Counted from the stretch's first letter, positions 39,136-49,561 are shown. The stretch is DNA of 64,000 nucleotides from Candidatus Nomurabacteria bacterium (GCA_023898585.1 CP060229.1:462763-526762); one strand, 5' to 3'. A program made the numbers and translations. Notes: generated by a model from the letters alone, not told the origin.

Positions 39136-40524
39136 ATGAGCAACAAATCATTCCGCCCTTGGGCCATGTGGCGACGTATTCAGTATGGAACCGGGTTTTT
39201 CTCCGTCTGCGGAATGATCGGTGTTTTGATCTATTTTGTGAATTTTTATGAGCCGGCTAACTGTTTTGATGAATTGCTTAATGGTGACGAAACGGGGATT
39301 GATTGCGGGGGGAGTTGCGTGCGAATTTGCTCGGCCGACGTGTTGCCACCGCGGGTGATGTGGGCGAAGAGTTTTGAAATAACTGAAGGTCAATACAATG
39401 CAGTCGCCTATGTCGAGAATCCGAACCAAACTGCAGGTGCTCCGGTCTTAAAATTCACTTTTGAGTTGTTAAACGAGGGGGTGGTGGTTGTAGAGCACTC
39501 CGGCACCACTGTTCTACCGCCGAACAGCGCTTATCCGGTTTTTGAGGGTAAGATTGCGGTTGATAAAAATATCAAAATAACCGAGACGCGATTGGTTTTG
39601 GAACCGGTTGATCTATGGCTACCGGCTTCAGTCGGGCGCGATCAGTTTCGTTCGACTGATATAAATCTAACCGGAGTGGACGCGCGCCCTCGACTTGACG
39701 TGAAAATAGAAAATACGGAATTGAGAGATGCGGAAGATGTGGAAGTGGTGGCTACTGTCTACAATGAAGATGGTGCTCCGGCTACCGCTTCCCAGACTTT
39801 CATCGAGAGAATAGAAGCTCGTTCCACAAAAGATATTGTTTTCACCTGGCCGAATTCAATTGCCAAAACGGTGAAGAGTTGCGAAGTGCCGACCGATGTG
39901 GCGGTAGCTATTGACCTCTCCGGCAGTATGAATAACGACGGTGGAAACCCTCCGCAACCGATAACCGACGCGCTTGAAGCGGCCGGACAATTTGTCGGTT
40001 CACTTCAAGATAAAGATCAAGTGGCGGTTGTTACTTTTGCGACCAAGGCGTCGGTTGTAAATGAGCTAACTACTGGTCACAGGGCGGTTGCCGGCTCCAT
40101 CTCAAGTTTAACTATTGATCCGAGAGAAGAGTCTGGTTATACCAACACCGTGGAAGCATTATTAACTGCCAAGTCGGAACTCAATTCCGAGCGTCACAAC
40201 CCCAATGCCAGGCGAGTACTGGTGCTTCTCACTGACGGTCTCCCTACTGTAGCCGGGAAAGAAGATATCGTTTCTGTTGCCGAAGCTACGGCGCTCGAAA
40301 TGAGTAAAGGTAGTATTGAAATTTACGCCATTGGTCTCGGTCATAATGTAGATCAGGAATTCATCCAAAAAATTGCTTCAGATGCAGGAAATGCCTATTT
40401 CGCTCCCAGTGTCGCTGATTTGGAGAAAATCTACGCGGAAATAACCTCGTCTCTCTGTGAGGTAGGTCCGACAAAAATCGAAGTTTTTGCCAAAACCAAA
40501 ACCAATTTTGAGCCACTTCGCTGA
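39136..40524 (+). CDS. membrane-anchored von Willebrand factor A (vWA) domain protein
   Basis: N-terminal TM helix; MIDAS motif AVAIDLSGSMNNDGG; vWA-length C-terminal domain. Confidence 0.7.
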   Translation: MSNKSFRPWAMWRRIQYGTGFFSVCGMIGVLIYFVNFYEPANCFDELLNGDETGIDCGGSCVRICSADVLPPRVMWAKSFEITEGQYNAVAYVENPNQTAGAPVLKFTFELLNEGVVVVEHSGTTVLPPNSAYPVFEGKIAVDKNIKITETRLVLEPVDLWLPASVGRDQFRSTDINLTGVDARPRLDVKIENTELRDAEDVEVVATVYNEDGAPATASQTFIERIEARSTKDIVFTWPNSIAKTVKSCEVPTDVAVAIDLSGSMNNDGGNPPQPITDALEAAGQFVGSLQDKDQVAVVTFATKASVVNELTTGHRAVAGSISSLTIDPREESGYTNTVEALLTAKSELNSERHNPNARRVLVLLTDGLPTVAGKEDIVSVAEATALEMSKGSIEIYAIGLGHNVDQEFIQKIASDAGNAYFAPSVADLEKIYAEITSSLCEVGPTKIEVFAKTKTNFEPLR

Positions 40525-40570
40525 GTCTTTCACAAGTCGACTGGTGGTTTAAGTAGAGTACAATACAAGA

Positions 40571-41689
40571 ATGAGTCAGCTTAGAACATTATTCGGCGGT
40601 TTTGACGTGGTGTTGTTTTCCTGCGTTTTCGGTCTTTCCTTGATGGGGTTGGTCACTATGTATTCTCACGTGGGCGATAACGTTTTTTTTAACCGTCAGA
40701 TTATCTGGATAGCGATAGCTTCATTGGCCTTATTTTTAGCCATAATTCCCGACTATCGGTTTTTGAGAACGGGGAACGTGGCCTTCTTCTCTTTTCTTTT
40801 CATTGTTTTTTTTCTGGTCTTAGTTTTGATTATTGGTGAGGTTACGCTGGGCGCGCAAAGTCGTTTTGACTTCGGTTTTTTCTCTTTACAACCTTCCGAC
40901 CCGGCCAAGCTTGTTTTGATCATAGTGTTGTCGAAATATTTTGCCAAACGTCATGAGATGATTGGTGATTTTTCGCATATATTCATTTCGGGAATATACG
41001 CCATTACTATTTTCGGGCTGGTCTTTATTCAACCGGATTTTGGGTCCGCCATAATTTTGTTTTTTGTCTGGCTCGGAATGATTCTTGTCTCGGGAATCAA
41101 ATTTCGTCATCTTTTGACTGTGTTTCTATTGGGAGCGGTGGCACTCGGCTTGATGTGGCAGTTTGTTTTCTTTGATTACCAGAAAGAAAGAATAATGACT
41201 TTTATCGATCCTTTGTCCGATATTCAAGGGGCCGGTTACAATGCTTACCAGTCGACGGTGGCAATTGGTTCAGGTGAATTGTTCGGAAAGGGGATCGGTT
41301 ATGGGACACAGTCAAAATTGTTATTTCTGCCGGAGTACGAAACAGATTTTATCTTTGCCGCCTTTGCCGAAGAGTGGGGTGTGGTCGGGGTCGTGCTTTT
41401 GTTTGTCTTGTTTGCTGTGGTTGTGTGGCGTTTGCTTCATCATGCTGTTGGTGGTGCGACAAATTTTGAGAGATTGTTTGCTTCCGGTGTGTGTATTTTG
41501 TTCATAGCGCACTTCTTTGTACACATTGGCATGAACATCGGTTTGTTGCCGGTTACCGGGACCACCATTCCTTTTCTCAGTTACGGCGGTTCACATCTGG
41601 TAACCGAGTTTTTGGCGGTCGGTATGGTAATGGGGATGTGTCGCTACACTAAGACGAAGTATCAGGCTAGGGAAATTTTAGAAGCGTAG
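40571..41689 (+). CDS. SEDS-family peptidoglycan glycosyltransferase (FtsW/RodA)
   Basis: 10 TM helices; GSGELFGKGIGYGTQSKLLFLPEYETDFIFAAFAEEWGVVG. Confidence 0.85.
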   Translation: MSQLRTLFGGFDVVLFSCVFGLSLMGLVTMYSHVGDNVFFNRQIIWIAIASLALFLAIIPDYRFLRTGNVAFFSFLFIVFFLVLVLIIGEVTLGAQSRFDFGFFSLQPSDPAKLVLIIVLSKYFAKRHEMIGDFSHIFISGIYAITIFGLVFIQPDFGSAIILFFVWLGMILVSGIKFRHLLTVFLLGAVALGLMWQFVFFDYQKERIMTFIDPLSDIQGAGYNAYQSTVAIGSGELFGKGIGYGTQSKLLFLPEYETDFIFAAFAEEWGVVGVVLLFVLFAVVVWRLLHHAVGGATNFERLFASGVCILFIAHFFVHIGMNIGLLPVTGTTIPFLSYGGSHLVTEFLAVGMVMGMCRYTKTKYQAREILEA

Positions 41690-42822
41690 ACGGATAGCGT
41701 TTCCGAAAACATCTTTTCCAGGGAAAAATTATTTTGTATCGATGCTTGCAGATTGCATCCGAGTCGTTTACGCATGCTTTCGTCACGAATTAGCATCTCT
41801 AATGAAGTGGCGATGAGTCTCGCTGTCGGTTCCACCAAAAGGCCAGTTTCGCCGGTTTCAATTATGTCTTTATTGCCGGGTAGTTGGCCGGCGACCGTTG
41901 GTAGTGTTGCGAGACCGGCTTCAAGTAACACATAAGGAAGACCCTCCTTTTTTGAAGGTAAGATAAAAATATCAAAGGCTTTTAAGTAGACTGAAGCGTT
42001 GTCAATGAAGCCGAGCAGGTGAACACGGTCTTGCAATTTTTGCATAGTTATAAGATTTTGTAGTTTAGTTCTTTCTTCACCTTCTCCGATAATAAGCAAA
42101 TGTACGTGGTCGGGAAGCGCCTTTACAGCATCAATGGCGACTGACCAATTCTTGTTCGGATGAAGCTCGCCGATACCGCCAATCCAGAGTGATTTCTGGG
42201 GGGTGTGTGGCGCGAGCTTCGCTCGCGCCACCTTTTTTTCAAGGAAAGCAATCGGCGCAATACCGTTTTTTATCAATGAAACGCGATTTTTAAGGCCGGG
42301 CATTTTTCTCGCTCGGTCAAAGGTCTCGGTCGAAATCATTATGTTGTGGTGAGACAAGAGCATTGTTAACCAGGTACTGATGTAGATAAGAAATCTCTGC
42401 CACTTCGGTCGCCACACTTCGTCTACAGTGAGACCATGTGAGGTAAAAATTATTCCAGGCACAAAAGCCAGCCGGCCAGCCAACGCTCCGATTCCTCCGG
42501 CTTTTGAGCTGGTGACGTGAAGGATATTAGGTTTTTCTTGACGGATGACTCTCCAGATCTCAAAAAACGACTTAATATCGTTTAACAGCGACACATTTCT
42601 CATGAAGTTTTTAATCGGATGGACGGTGATTTCAGCTTCTGACAATTTTTCTCCCAAGAGGCCTGTGGGGGCACCAGGCTTGCCCGTGCCCCCACAAGCA
42701 ACCGACACAACATAACCCCTTTCTTTCGCCATCTTTGCCAGCTCCAAGACGTACTTTTGCGCTCCGCCGTAGTTGCTTTTAGTGACAATGTACAGGATTC
42801 TGAGGGGAATTTTTTCGGACAT
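41662..42822 (-). CDS. glycosyltransferase family 4 (GT-B)
   Basis: C-terminal EGLPYVLLEAGLATLPTVAGQLPGNKDII...GLLVEP motif; start at MSEKIPLRILYIV. Confidence 0.8.
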   Translation of the reverse strand: MSEKIPLRILYIVTKSNYGGAQKYVLELAKMAKERGYVVSVACGGTGKPGAPTGLLGEKLSEAEITVHPIKNFMRNVSLLNDIKSFFEIWRVIRQEKPNILHVTSSKAGGIGALAGRLAFVPGIIFTSHGLTVDEVWRPKWQRFLIYISTWLTMLLSHHNIMISTETFDRARKMPGLKNRVSLIKNGIAPIAFLEKKVARAKLAPHTPQKSLWIGGIGELHPNKNWSVAIDAVKALPDHVHLLIIGEGEERTKLQNLITMQKLQDRVHLLGFIDNASVYLKAFDIFILPSKKEGLPYVLLEAGLATLPTVAGQLPGNKDIIETGETGLLVEPTARLIATSLEMLIRDESMRKRLGCNLQASIQNNFSLEKMFSETLSVYASKISLA

Positions 42823-42880
42823 AACTCTATTTTGTAGTCTAAGCATACTTCTCAGGCATTAATTCGTCCAGTTTATAAAT

Positions 42881-43077
42881 CTAGAGCATGTCCAAAAACC
42901 CTCCGAGCTCCAAAGGTTTGCAAAATTTGAGACAAAAAATTGATAGAATTTCGAGCCATACTGATGTACGGTAAGAAATTATAGCGGTTTTTTGACCAAA
43001 TTTTGCAAACCGACGAGCCGGAACAAAATATTAGAGAAGAATTTACTCTTTTGTGTAGGGTTTTGGACATGCTCTAG
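42881..43077 (-). mobile_element. MITE-like element, long form (197 bp) with about 22-bp terminal inverted repeats CTAGAGCATGTCCAAAAACCCT … AGGGTTTTGGACATGCTCTAG
   Basis: Its reverse complement aligns end-to-end with the short copies at 45527 and 63075 and has about 105 extra internal bp. Confidence 0.7.
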
Positions 43078-43201
43078 CCTCAAAGCACAAAACGACCTTC
43101 TTTACCTGCATTCGTACATAATCATCAAAAACAAAATAACAACCTTTTTAAATCCATTTACTCAATTGCAGATATTAGGTAGGATAGGGGATTGTAAGAT
43201 T

Positions 43202-44554
43202 ATGGGTGAAAGAACTAGAGAACTATTTGTCCTGATAGCGGGTGATATTTTGGTGTTTAATATAGCTTTATGGGTCACTCTTTTCGTGCGTTATCTTGAA
43301 GTGCCAAGTTTTCAACTACTGGCGTCGCATTTTCCACCGTTTCTCACTTTTTCGGGAGTTTGGCTGGTAGTTTTCTTTATCCTTGGTTTGTACGATAAAC
43401 ATACAAATCTACTGAAGAAACTGTTAGTAAACAGAATTATCTACGCCCAAGCTATCAACGTGGTGGTGGCTGGAATTTTGTTTTTTGTTGTTCCGTTTGG
43501 TATTACCCCGAAAACAAATTTGGTTTTATACTTAATTATCTCCACCATCCTGCTCAGTTTGTGGCGAATTAAAATAATACCCAGTCTGTCTCCCAAACAA
43601 AGGCACAAAGCAGTTTTAATTGCCGACGGTCATAACGCCGTCGAGCTGGCTGACGAAATCAACAACAACGATCGGTATAACTACTATTTCATCAGAATTA
43701 TCGATGAGGAAACTCTATCTAACACCAAAGATTTTGAATCTAAAATTCTTTCACTGATGGAAAAAGAAAAAATTGAATTGATTGTGGCTGATTCACAAGG
43801 AGACTCGATCAAGGCGTTTCTGCCAGTCTTGTTTGATCTTTCTTTCTTAAAGTTTGAATTCACTTTCCTCGATTTTAATCGTCTTTACGAAGACACCTTC
43901 GATCGAGTGCCTATCAGTATGTTGGAGTACGATTGGTTTATTAATAACATCTCACAATCAAAAAGCGCCATTTATGACGCTATCAAGAGATTGATAGACA
44001 TCGTGGGCTCTTTGGCTTTACTATTGCCTGCGGTTGCCATTTTTCCTTTGGTCGCGATTGCGATAAAGTTGGAAGATAAAGGTGGGATTTTCTACACCAC
44101 CACTCGAGTAGGACAGTTTAACAAACCGATCACGATTTATAAATTACGGACTAAAAACGGTGTGGACTCAGGATCCTCGGCGTTGAACAGTACTCTCGTC
44201 GATACCAAGGTCGGTACTTTTTTGCGTAAAACCAGGATTGATGAGTTGCCCCAGTTAATAAACGTCTTGAGAGGAGACCTTTCTTTTATCGGACCGAGAC
44301 CGGAGATGCCGGCCCTCGCTTCCGTCTACGCGGAAAAAATTCCGTACTACAACACGAGGCATTTCATAAAACCGGGTCTATCTGGTTGGGCACAGATAAA
44401 TAATTTTGACGTCCCTCGGGGAGGAGTTGATGTCGAACGAACAATCACCAAATTGTCTTACGATCTGTTCTATTTAGAAAGAAGATCACTTCTCCTTGAT
44501 GTGCAGATTACATTTAAGACCTTAGCGACAATCATAATGAGAACCGGAACTTAA
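43202..44554 (+). CDS. polyprenyl-phosphate glycosyl-1-phosphate transferase (bacterial sugar transferase, WbaP/CpsE-like)
   Basis: Four to five N-terminal TM helices; C-terminal DELPQLINVLRGDLSFIGPRPEMP motif. Start moved to MGERTRELF because the longer ORF starts inside the MITE. Confidence 0.8.
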   Translation: MGERTRELFVLIAGDILVFNIALWVTLFVRYLEVPSFQLLASHFPPFLTFSGVWLVVFFILGLYDKHTNLLKKLLVNRIIYAQAINVVVAGILFFVVPFGITPKTNLVLYLIISTILLSLWRIKIIPSLSPKQRHKAVLIADGHNAVELADEINNNDRYNYYFIRIIDEETLSNTKDFESKILSLMEKEKIELIVADSQGDSIKAFLPVLFDLSFLKFEFTFLDFNRLYEDTFDRVPISMLEYDWFINNISQSKSAIYDAIKRLIDIVGSLALLLPAVAIFPLVAIAIKLEDKGGIFYTTTRVGQFNKPITIYKLRTKNGVDSGSSALNSTLVDTKVGTFLRKTRIDELPQLINVLRGDLSFIGPRPEMPALASVYAEKIPYYNTRHFIKPGLSGWAQINNFDVPRGGVDVERTITKLSYDLFYLERRSLLLDVQITFKTLATIIMRTGT

Positions 44555-44583
44555 TCGTGTTTGGATTGGTTTAGTATAGATGT

Positions 44584-45525
44584 ATGGATACTAAAAAATC
44601 TTTCTTGGTTACCGGAGGAGCTGGTTTTATCGGTTCTCACGTGGTCGATGCTCTAATTGCTTCCGGAGCCAAAGTCACTGTTGTCGATGTAAAAGCTGAA
44701 GCGGAAGCGAAAAATATCGCCCACCAAACAGGGAAAATTATCTATGTGCAAGGCAATATCTGCAATGAGAGTTTAGTGGATGATTTGTGTCAAGGTAAAG
44801 ATTACATAATTCACTTAGCAGCCGTGGTTTCTGTCCCACTTTCGATTGAGAAGCCGGTATTTTCTCATAATACAAATGTAAACGGCACATTAAACGTGTT
44901 TAATTCGGCGGAGAAGAATGGGGTTAAGAAGGTGGTTTACGCTTCATCGGCTGCTGTTTATGGCAATTCCGATAAACTGCCGGTCGCGGAAGATTTTCCT
45001 CTAAGTCCTCTTTCTCCCTACGCCATTCATAAAGTAAACAATGAAATGTACGGCAAGTACTACAGCGAGCGAGGGCGATTGGAAACAGTCGGACTGCGTT
45101 ACTTCAATGTTTTTGGTTTACGTCAAGACCCGGGCTCACCATATTCGGGCGTGGTCTCTTTATTGCTAGATCATTACATTAAAGGCAGTAAACCGACTAT
45201 TTTTGGTACCGGTGAGCAGACAAGAGATTTTGTTTCGGTAAAAGACGTGGCGTTAGCCAACTTGCTTGCGGTTGAAAATGGTAAATCTGGCTCGGTTTAT
45301 AATATTGCTTCAGGGAAGGAGACTTCCATCAATGACCTCGTTGGTGTCATAGAAAAGATTTCAAACTCACCGTTTTTGACACTGAAAGCTCCCGCTCGAG
45401 ACGGAGACATAAAAAGGAGTTGCGCGACAATAGATAGGGCGAAAAGGGAACTCAATTTCGAACCCCTATTTTCACTAGCAACGGAACTGGAGAATTTGTT
45501 GGTAGGCAATAAGCCAGTAGCGTAA
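44584..45525 (+). CDS. NAD-dependent sugar epimerase/dehydratase (SDR, GalE/WbpP-like)
   Basis: VTGGAGFIGSHVVD Rossmann motif, YASSAAVYG, catalytic Y..K in SPYAIHK. Confidence 0.85.
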   Translation: MDTKKSFLVTGGAGFIGSHVVDALIASGAKVTVVDVKAEAEAKNIAHQTGKIIYVQGNICNESLVDDLCQGKDYIIHLAAVVSVPLSIEKPVFSHNTNVNGTLNVFNSAEKNGVKKVVYASSAAVYGNSDKLPVAEDFPLSPLSPYAIHKVNNEMYGKYYSERGRLETVGLRYFNVFGLRQDPGSPYSGVVSLLLDHYIKGSKPTIFGTGEQTRDFVSVKDVALANLLAVENGKSGSVYNIASGKETSINDLVGVIEKISNSPFLTLKAPARDGDIKRSCATIDRAKRELNFEPLFSLATELENLLVGNKPVA

Positions 45526-45526
45526 C

Positions 45527-45620
45527 TCTAGAGCATGTTTCCAAACCCTACACAAAAGAATAAATAGTTGTCTCAAATTCTGCAAACCTTTGGAGCTCGG
45601 AAGGTTTTCGGACATGCTTT
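45527..45620 (+). mobile_element. MITE-like element, short form (about 94 bp)
   Basis: CTAGAGCATGTTTCCAAACCCTACACAAAAGA…TTGCAAACCTTTGGAGCTCGGAAGGTTTTCGGACATGCT. Confidence 0.65.
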
Positions 45621-45665
45621 AATTCCGATTCGACAAAGCAGATTATTTGTTATACTGTCGTCACT

Positions 45666-46457
45666 ATGATAGTAGAAGGAAGCGTAATCGCCGAAGACAT
45701 TTTAAAGTCGGTTGCGAAGGTTGTGGCCGAACGGTCATCGGTAATTCGTCTGTCTGCTATTACTTGTGCGCCCAATTTTGAGACTAGGAAATATCTTGAG
45801 AGGAAGAAGAAAAAAGCAATCTCGGTCGGCATTGCACTGAATGTGGTGGAGTTACCGGTTGATGCGACGACAGACGATGTGGTGTCAAGTGTCTTAGAAG
45901 TGGCGAAGACGGTTGATGGGATAGTGGTACAGTTGCCATTACCGACGCAGATTGATCGTGAAGCGGTGTTGACGGCAGTGCCGGTTGGAAAGGATCCCGA
46001 TGGTTTTAAGTACGGCAAAGACAATTCTGCCTGTCTACCACCGGTCGTCGGAGCTATAGACGAAATCAGCCACAGGCATAATGTTTCTTGGCAGGGGAAA
46101 CGGGTGGTTGTTCTTGGGCAAGGGAGATTGGTCGGAGCTCCGGTTGCCGAATATGCTCGTCGCCTTGGTGTGCTTGTCACTATTCTGAACAGAGATAGTT
46201 TTGATGAGAATGTCTTACAATCGGCAGATATTATTGTGAGTGGGGTGGGTCAACCTCATTTTATTAAGCCGGCCATGGTAAAAGAAGGGGTGGTAATTTT
46301 TGACGCTGGCACGTCTGAGGAAAAGGGGCTGTTGGCCGGTGATGCGGATCCGGGACTGGGGTCAAAAGCGAAGCTTTTGACCCCAGTCCCCGGAGGCATC
46401 GGACCTATCACCATCGCTTATTTATTGAAGAACCTGGTACGGTTGGCTAGTCAATAG
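45666..46457 (+). CDS. folD: bifunctional methylenetetrahydrofolate dehydrogenase/cyclohydrolase
   Basis: VVLGQGRLVGAPV, DIIVSGVGQPHFIKP, PVPGGIGPITIAYLLKN. Confidence 0.85.
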   Translation: MIVEGSVIAEDILKSVAKVVAERSSVIRLSAITCAPNFETRKYLERKKKKAISVGIALNVVELPVDATTDDVVSSVLEVAKTVDGIVVQLPLPTQIDREAVLTAVPVGKDPDGFKYGKDNSACLPPVVGAIDEISHRHNVSWQGKRVVVLGQGRLVGAPVAEYARRLGVLVTILNRDSFDENVLQSADIIVSGVGQPHFIKPAMVKEGVVIFDAGTSEEKGLLAGDADPGLGSKAKLLTPVPGGIGPITIAYLLKNLVRLASQ

Positions 46458-46486
46458 TGCAAAGACCCATGTTTATGGTATAAAAA

Positions 46487-47956
46487 ATGCCTAGTTTAAA
46501 CATCATGTCCGAATCAGAAAAACAATCAGAACAGTCAATGGCGTTTCTTCGTTGGTTCAGAGTCGTTGTCGTCCTTTGTATTATTGGTTGGTTAGCGTTT
46601 TCGGTTTATCAGAATGTAGTAAATAAAGAAGCTGAACATCCTTTCAAGCTCGGTCTCGATTTGGCCGGGGGTTCACACTTGGTCTATGAAGCGGACGTCT
46701 CGGGAATTGACCCGTTAGAGGTTCCTGAACTCATGAACGTACTACGCGATGTTATAGAAAGACGGGTGAATATTTTTGGTGTTTCGGAACCGATAGTCCA
46801 AGTCGAAAGTAGTAGCTTTGTGACGGAAGAACAAATTGAGCGATTGGTCGTCGAGTTGCCGGGAGTGACCGATGTTAGCGAAGCGGTGGCGGAAATTGGT
46901 CGTACCCCTCTGCTTGAATTTAAATTATATGACGAGGAATTGGCAGTCAAACAAGAGACTCTGCAAAATCTCAGTTCCTTAACCGAGTCTTCTAGTAGCT
47001 CGGGTGCGATAATCGGAAATGTCAAAATAGACGGAGAAGAGATCAAAGAAGAAATTTTACCGTTTTCCGACACCGGTCTTACCGGCCGTTACCTTGAGAC
47101 CGCCAAACTCGAATTTGCCGGTTCCCAGTCTGGTCAATTATCTAACGAACCACTGGTGTCGGTTCGTTTCACTGAAGAAGGGGGAGACTTGTTTGCGGAG
47201 ATAACCAGAGAACACGTTGGAGAACAACTGGGTATCTTCTTGGACGGAGAGCTACTTTCAGCACCGGTTATCAATGAAGCTATTACCGGTGGCACGGCTA
47301 TTATTTCAGGTAGTTTCACTCCCGATGAAGCTCGCGATTTGGCGCAAAATCTGAGCTTCGGTGCACTTCCAGTACCGATTGAATTGCAGAGTACCCAGAC
47401 GGTGGGTGCTTCCTTGGGATCTGAAGTGTTGGAAAAAGGCATTGAAGCCGGATTGTTCGGATTTGGACTGGTCCTTCTATTTATGGTTGTTTGGTATCGA
47501 CTGCCCGGTTTGGTGGCTGGTTTGGCTTTGTTCTCTTACCTTGTAATAATGCTAACTCTCTTTCAATTGGTACCTGTCACTCTAACCGCTGCCGGTTTGG
47601 CTGGATTTGTTCTCTCACTCGGAATGGCAGTTGATGCCAACGTCTTAGTTTTCGAACGTATGAAAGAGGAATATAAGTCAGGAATCGGAAGTCGTGAGTC
47701 GGCACGAGCTGGTTTTTCGAGAGCTTGGAGCGCCATTCGTGACGGCAATATAACCAGCTTGCTGTCAGCTATTATTCTCTTCTGGTTTGGGACTTCGATG
47801 GTGAAGGGTTTTGCTTTGGTGTTTGGGATGGGGATAGTGGTTTCTATGCTTTCCGCTCTAGTCATAACTCGCACTTTCCTCATCGCTCTGCCGGATGTAA
47901 AAAAGACTAATGAAAGTGTAATGTCGTTTTTGCTTGGTAACGGTCTAAACAAATAG
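46487..47956 (+). CDS. secD: protein-export membrane protein SecD
   Basis: LGLDLAGGSHLVYEA motif, periplasmic domain, six C-terminal TM helices. Confidence 0.85.
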   Translation: MPSLNIMSESEKQSEQSMAFLRWFRVVVVLCIIGWLAFSVYQNVVNKEAEHPFKLGLDLAGGSHLVYEADVSGIDPLEVPELMNVLRDVIERRVNIFGVSEPIVQVESSSFVTEEQIERLVVELPGVTDVSEAVAEIGRTPLLEFKLYDEELAVKQETLQNLSSLTESSSSSGAIIGNVKIDGEEIKEEILPFSDTGLTGRYLETAKLEFAGSQSGQLSNEPLVSVRFTEEGGDLFAEITREHVGEQLGIFLDGELLSAPVINEAITGGTAIISGSFTPDEARDLAQNLSFGALPVPIELQSTQTVGASLGSEVLEKGIEAGLFGFGLVLLFMVVWYRLPGLVAGLALFSYLVIMLTLFQLVPVTLTAAGLAGFVLSLGMAVDANVLVFERMKEEYKSGIGSRESARAGFSRAWSAIRDGNITSLLSAIILFWFGTSMVKGFALVFGMGIVVSMLSALVITRTFLIALPDVKKTNESVMSFLLGNGLNK

Positions 47957-47957
47957 T

Positions 47958-48941
47958 ATGTTTGCAATTATCAATAGAAAAATACTGTTAGCCATCGCTG
48001 GAGTAATAATGATCGGTAGTTCTTTGCTGATTGGCTTCTTGGGACTGAATCTGGGTATTGATTTTACCGGCGGTTCACTGACCGAGGTATCGTATAAAGA
48101 AGCGCCAACAAAAGAGAGATTGGAAAAGGTGGTGGCCGAGGCAGTGTCTGATTTGGGAGGTTTTTCAGTGCGAGCATCGGAAGTTGATTCCGGTGACACC
48201 ACCTATCTCATTCGCACTCGTGACCTTTCCGAAGAGGAGCGTCATCTGTTGCACGAGGCGGTTATTGCGGAAGGTTTTGGTACTATCGAACGCTTTACTT
48301 CGATCGGTCCGGTGATTGGGGAAGAACTGAAAGACAAGGCCGGTTGGGCAATATTCGGGGTAGTGATGATTATTGTTTTTTATGTAGCTTTTGCCTTTTC
48401 CGGAATTGGAGTGCCTGTCAGTTCTTGGGTTTACGGTGGGATTACAATTTTCGTGCTTGTGCATGATGTGTTGGTGCCTACTGCCTTGATGAGCCTACTT
48501 GGACATTTTGCTGGTATGGAAGTGGATGTGCTTTTTGTCACGGCTTTACTTGCCGTACTTGGATATTCTGTCAATGACACAATTGTCGTCTTTGACCGAG
48601 TCCGTGAAAACTTAGTAAAGAACCGTACCGAGCACCGTAAAAAACACAAAGAACCAGGTGGCGTAGAGCATGAAATCGTGACTTACAAACTAACGGCTCC
48701 TTACGATGAAATCGTGGGTTCCGCCGTTTCCGAAACTCTTTCACGATCTATCAATACTTCTTTCACAACACTGATCGCTTTGACCGCACTTTATTTTTTC
48801 GGTGGAGCCGTGACTCAAACTTTCGCCCTGGTACTTATCGCCGGAGTTTTGGCAGGTACTTATTCCTCAATTTGTATCGCGAGTCCGCTGGTCGTAGCTT
48901 ACTCAAAGTACAAAGAATCTAAGAAAAAAGAGATAAATTAA
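47958..48941 (+). CDS. secF: protein-export membrane protein SecF
   Basis: GIDFTGGSLTEV motif, follows secD with 1-nt spacing. Confidence 0.85.
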   Translation: MFAIINRKILLAIAGVIMIGSSLLIGFLGLNLGIDFTGGSLTEVSYKEAPTKERLEKVVAEAVSDLGGFSVRASEVDSGDTTYLIRTRDLSEEERHLLHEAVIAEGFGTIERFTSIGPVIGEELKDKAGWAIFGVVMIIVFYVAFAFSGIGVPVSSWVYGGITIFVLVHDVLVPTALMSLLGHFAGMEVDVLFVTALLAVLGYSVNDTIVVFDRVRENLVKNRTEHRKKHKEPGGVEHEIVTYKLTAPYDEIVGSAVSETLSRSINTSFTTLIALTALYFFGGAVTQTFALVLIAGVLAGTYSSICIASPLVVAYSKYKESKKKEIN

Positions 48942-48943
48942 TT

Positions 48944-49501
48944 ATGATAATCGGTATTGCAGGGACAATCGGAGCAGGTAAGGGGACAGTGGTTGATTTT
49001 CTAGTTAAAGAGAAAGGCTTTACGCATGTTTCCGCGAGAATGATATGGACACGTGAACTTGAAGCAAGAGGACTGCCTGTCAACAGAGACAGTATGACAA
49101 AATTAGCTAATGAATTACGGGCCGAACACGGACCAGCCTATTTTATGGAGCAGGCTTTGTCTGTAAAAAGTGATAACTCCTCAGTGGTTATAGAATCAGT
49201 CAGAACTGTTGGTGAAGTTGAGTTACTTAGAAGAAATGGCGGTGTCCTTTTGGCTGTAGATGCAGATCAAAAAGTCAGATTTGAAAGAATAACCAAAAGG
49301 GGTAGTTCTTTAGACGACGTAACCTTTGAAGATTTTATACGTCAAGAAGAAACTGAGATGAAAAATGATGACCCGGCAAAACAAAACATTTCAAAAGTAA
49401 TGCAGATGGCTGATTTCGTTATAGACAATGTGGGTTCTGTTAGTGAACTTGAAGAGAGGGTCGAAGCTTTTTTAGACCGGTACAAAGACAAAAGCCAGTA
49501 G
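48944..49501 (+). CDS. P-loop nucleotide kinase-like protein (AAA_17/dephospho-CoA-kinase-like); exact substrate unclear
   Basis: Walker A IGIAGTIGAGKGTV; lid-like RFERITKRG. Confidence 0.4.
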   Translation: MIIGIAGTIGAGKGTVVDFLVKEKGFTHVSARMIWTRELEARGLPVNRDSMTKLANELRAEHGPAYFMEQALSVKSDNSSVVIESVRTVGEVELLRRNGGVLLAVDADQKVRFERITKRGSSLDDVTFEDFIRQEETEMKNDDPAKQNISKVMQMADFVIDNVGSVSELEERVEAFLDRYKDKSQ

Positions 49502-49561
49502 ACATCAACATCTGTTTGGTAAGTGGGTAAATATCAGTTGGCGATCTGATATACTTTTGTT

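Noticed and set aside
42992-43201. N-terminal 70 codons of the sugar-transferase ORF.
   Set aside because: They are encoded by the MITE. Start moved to MGERTRELF.
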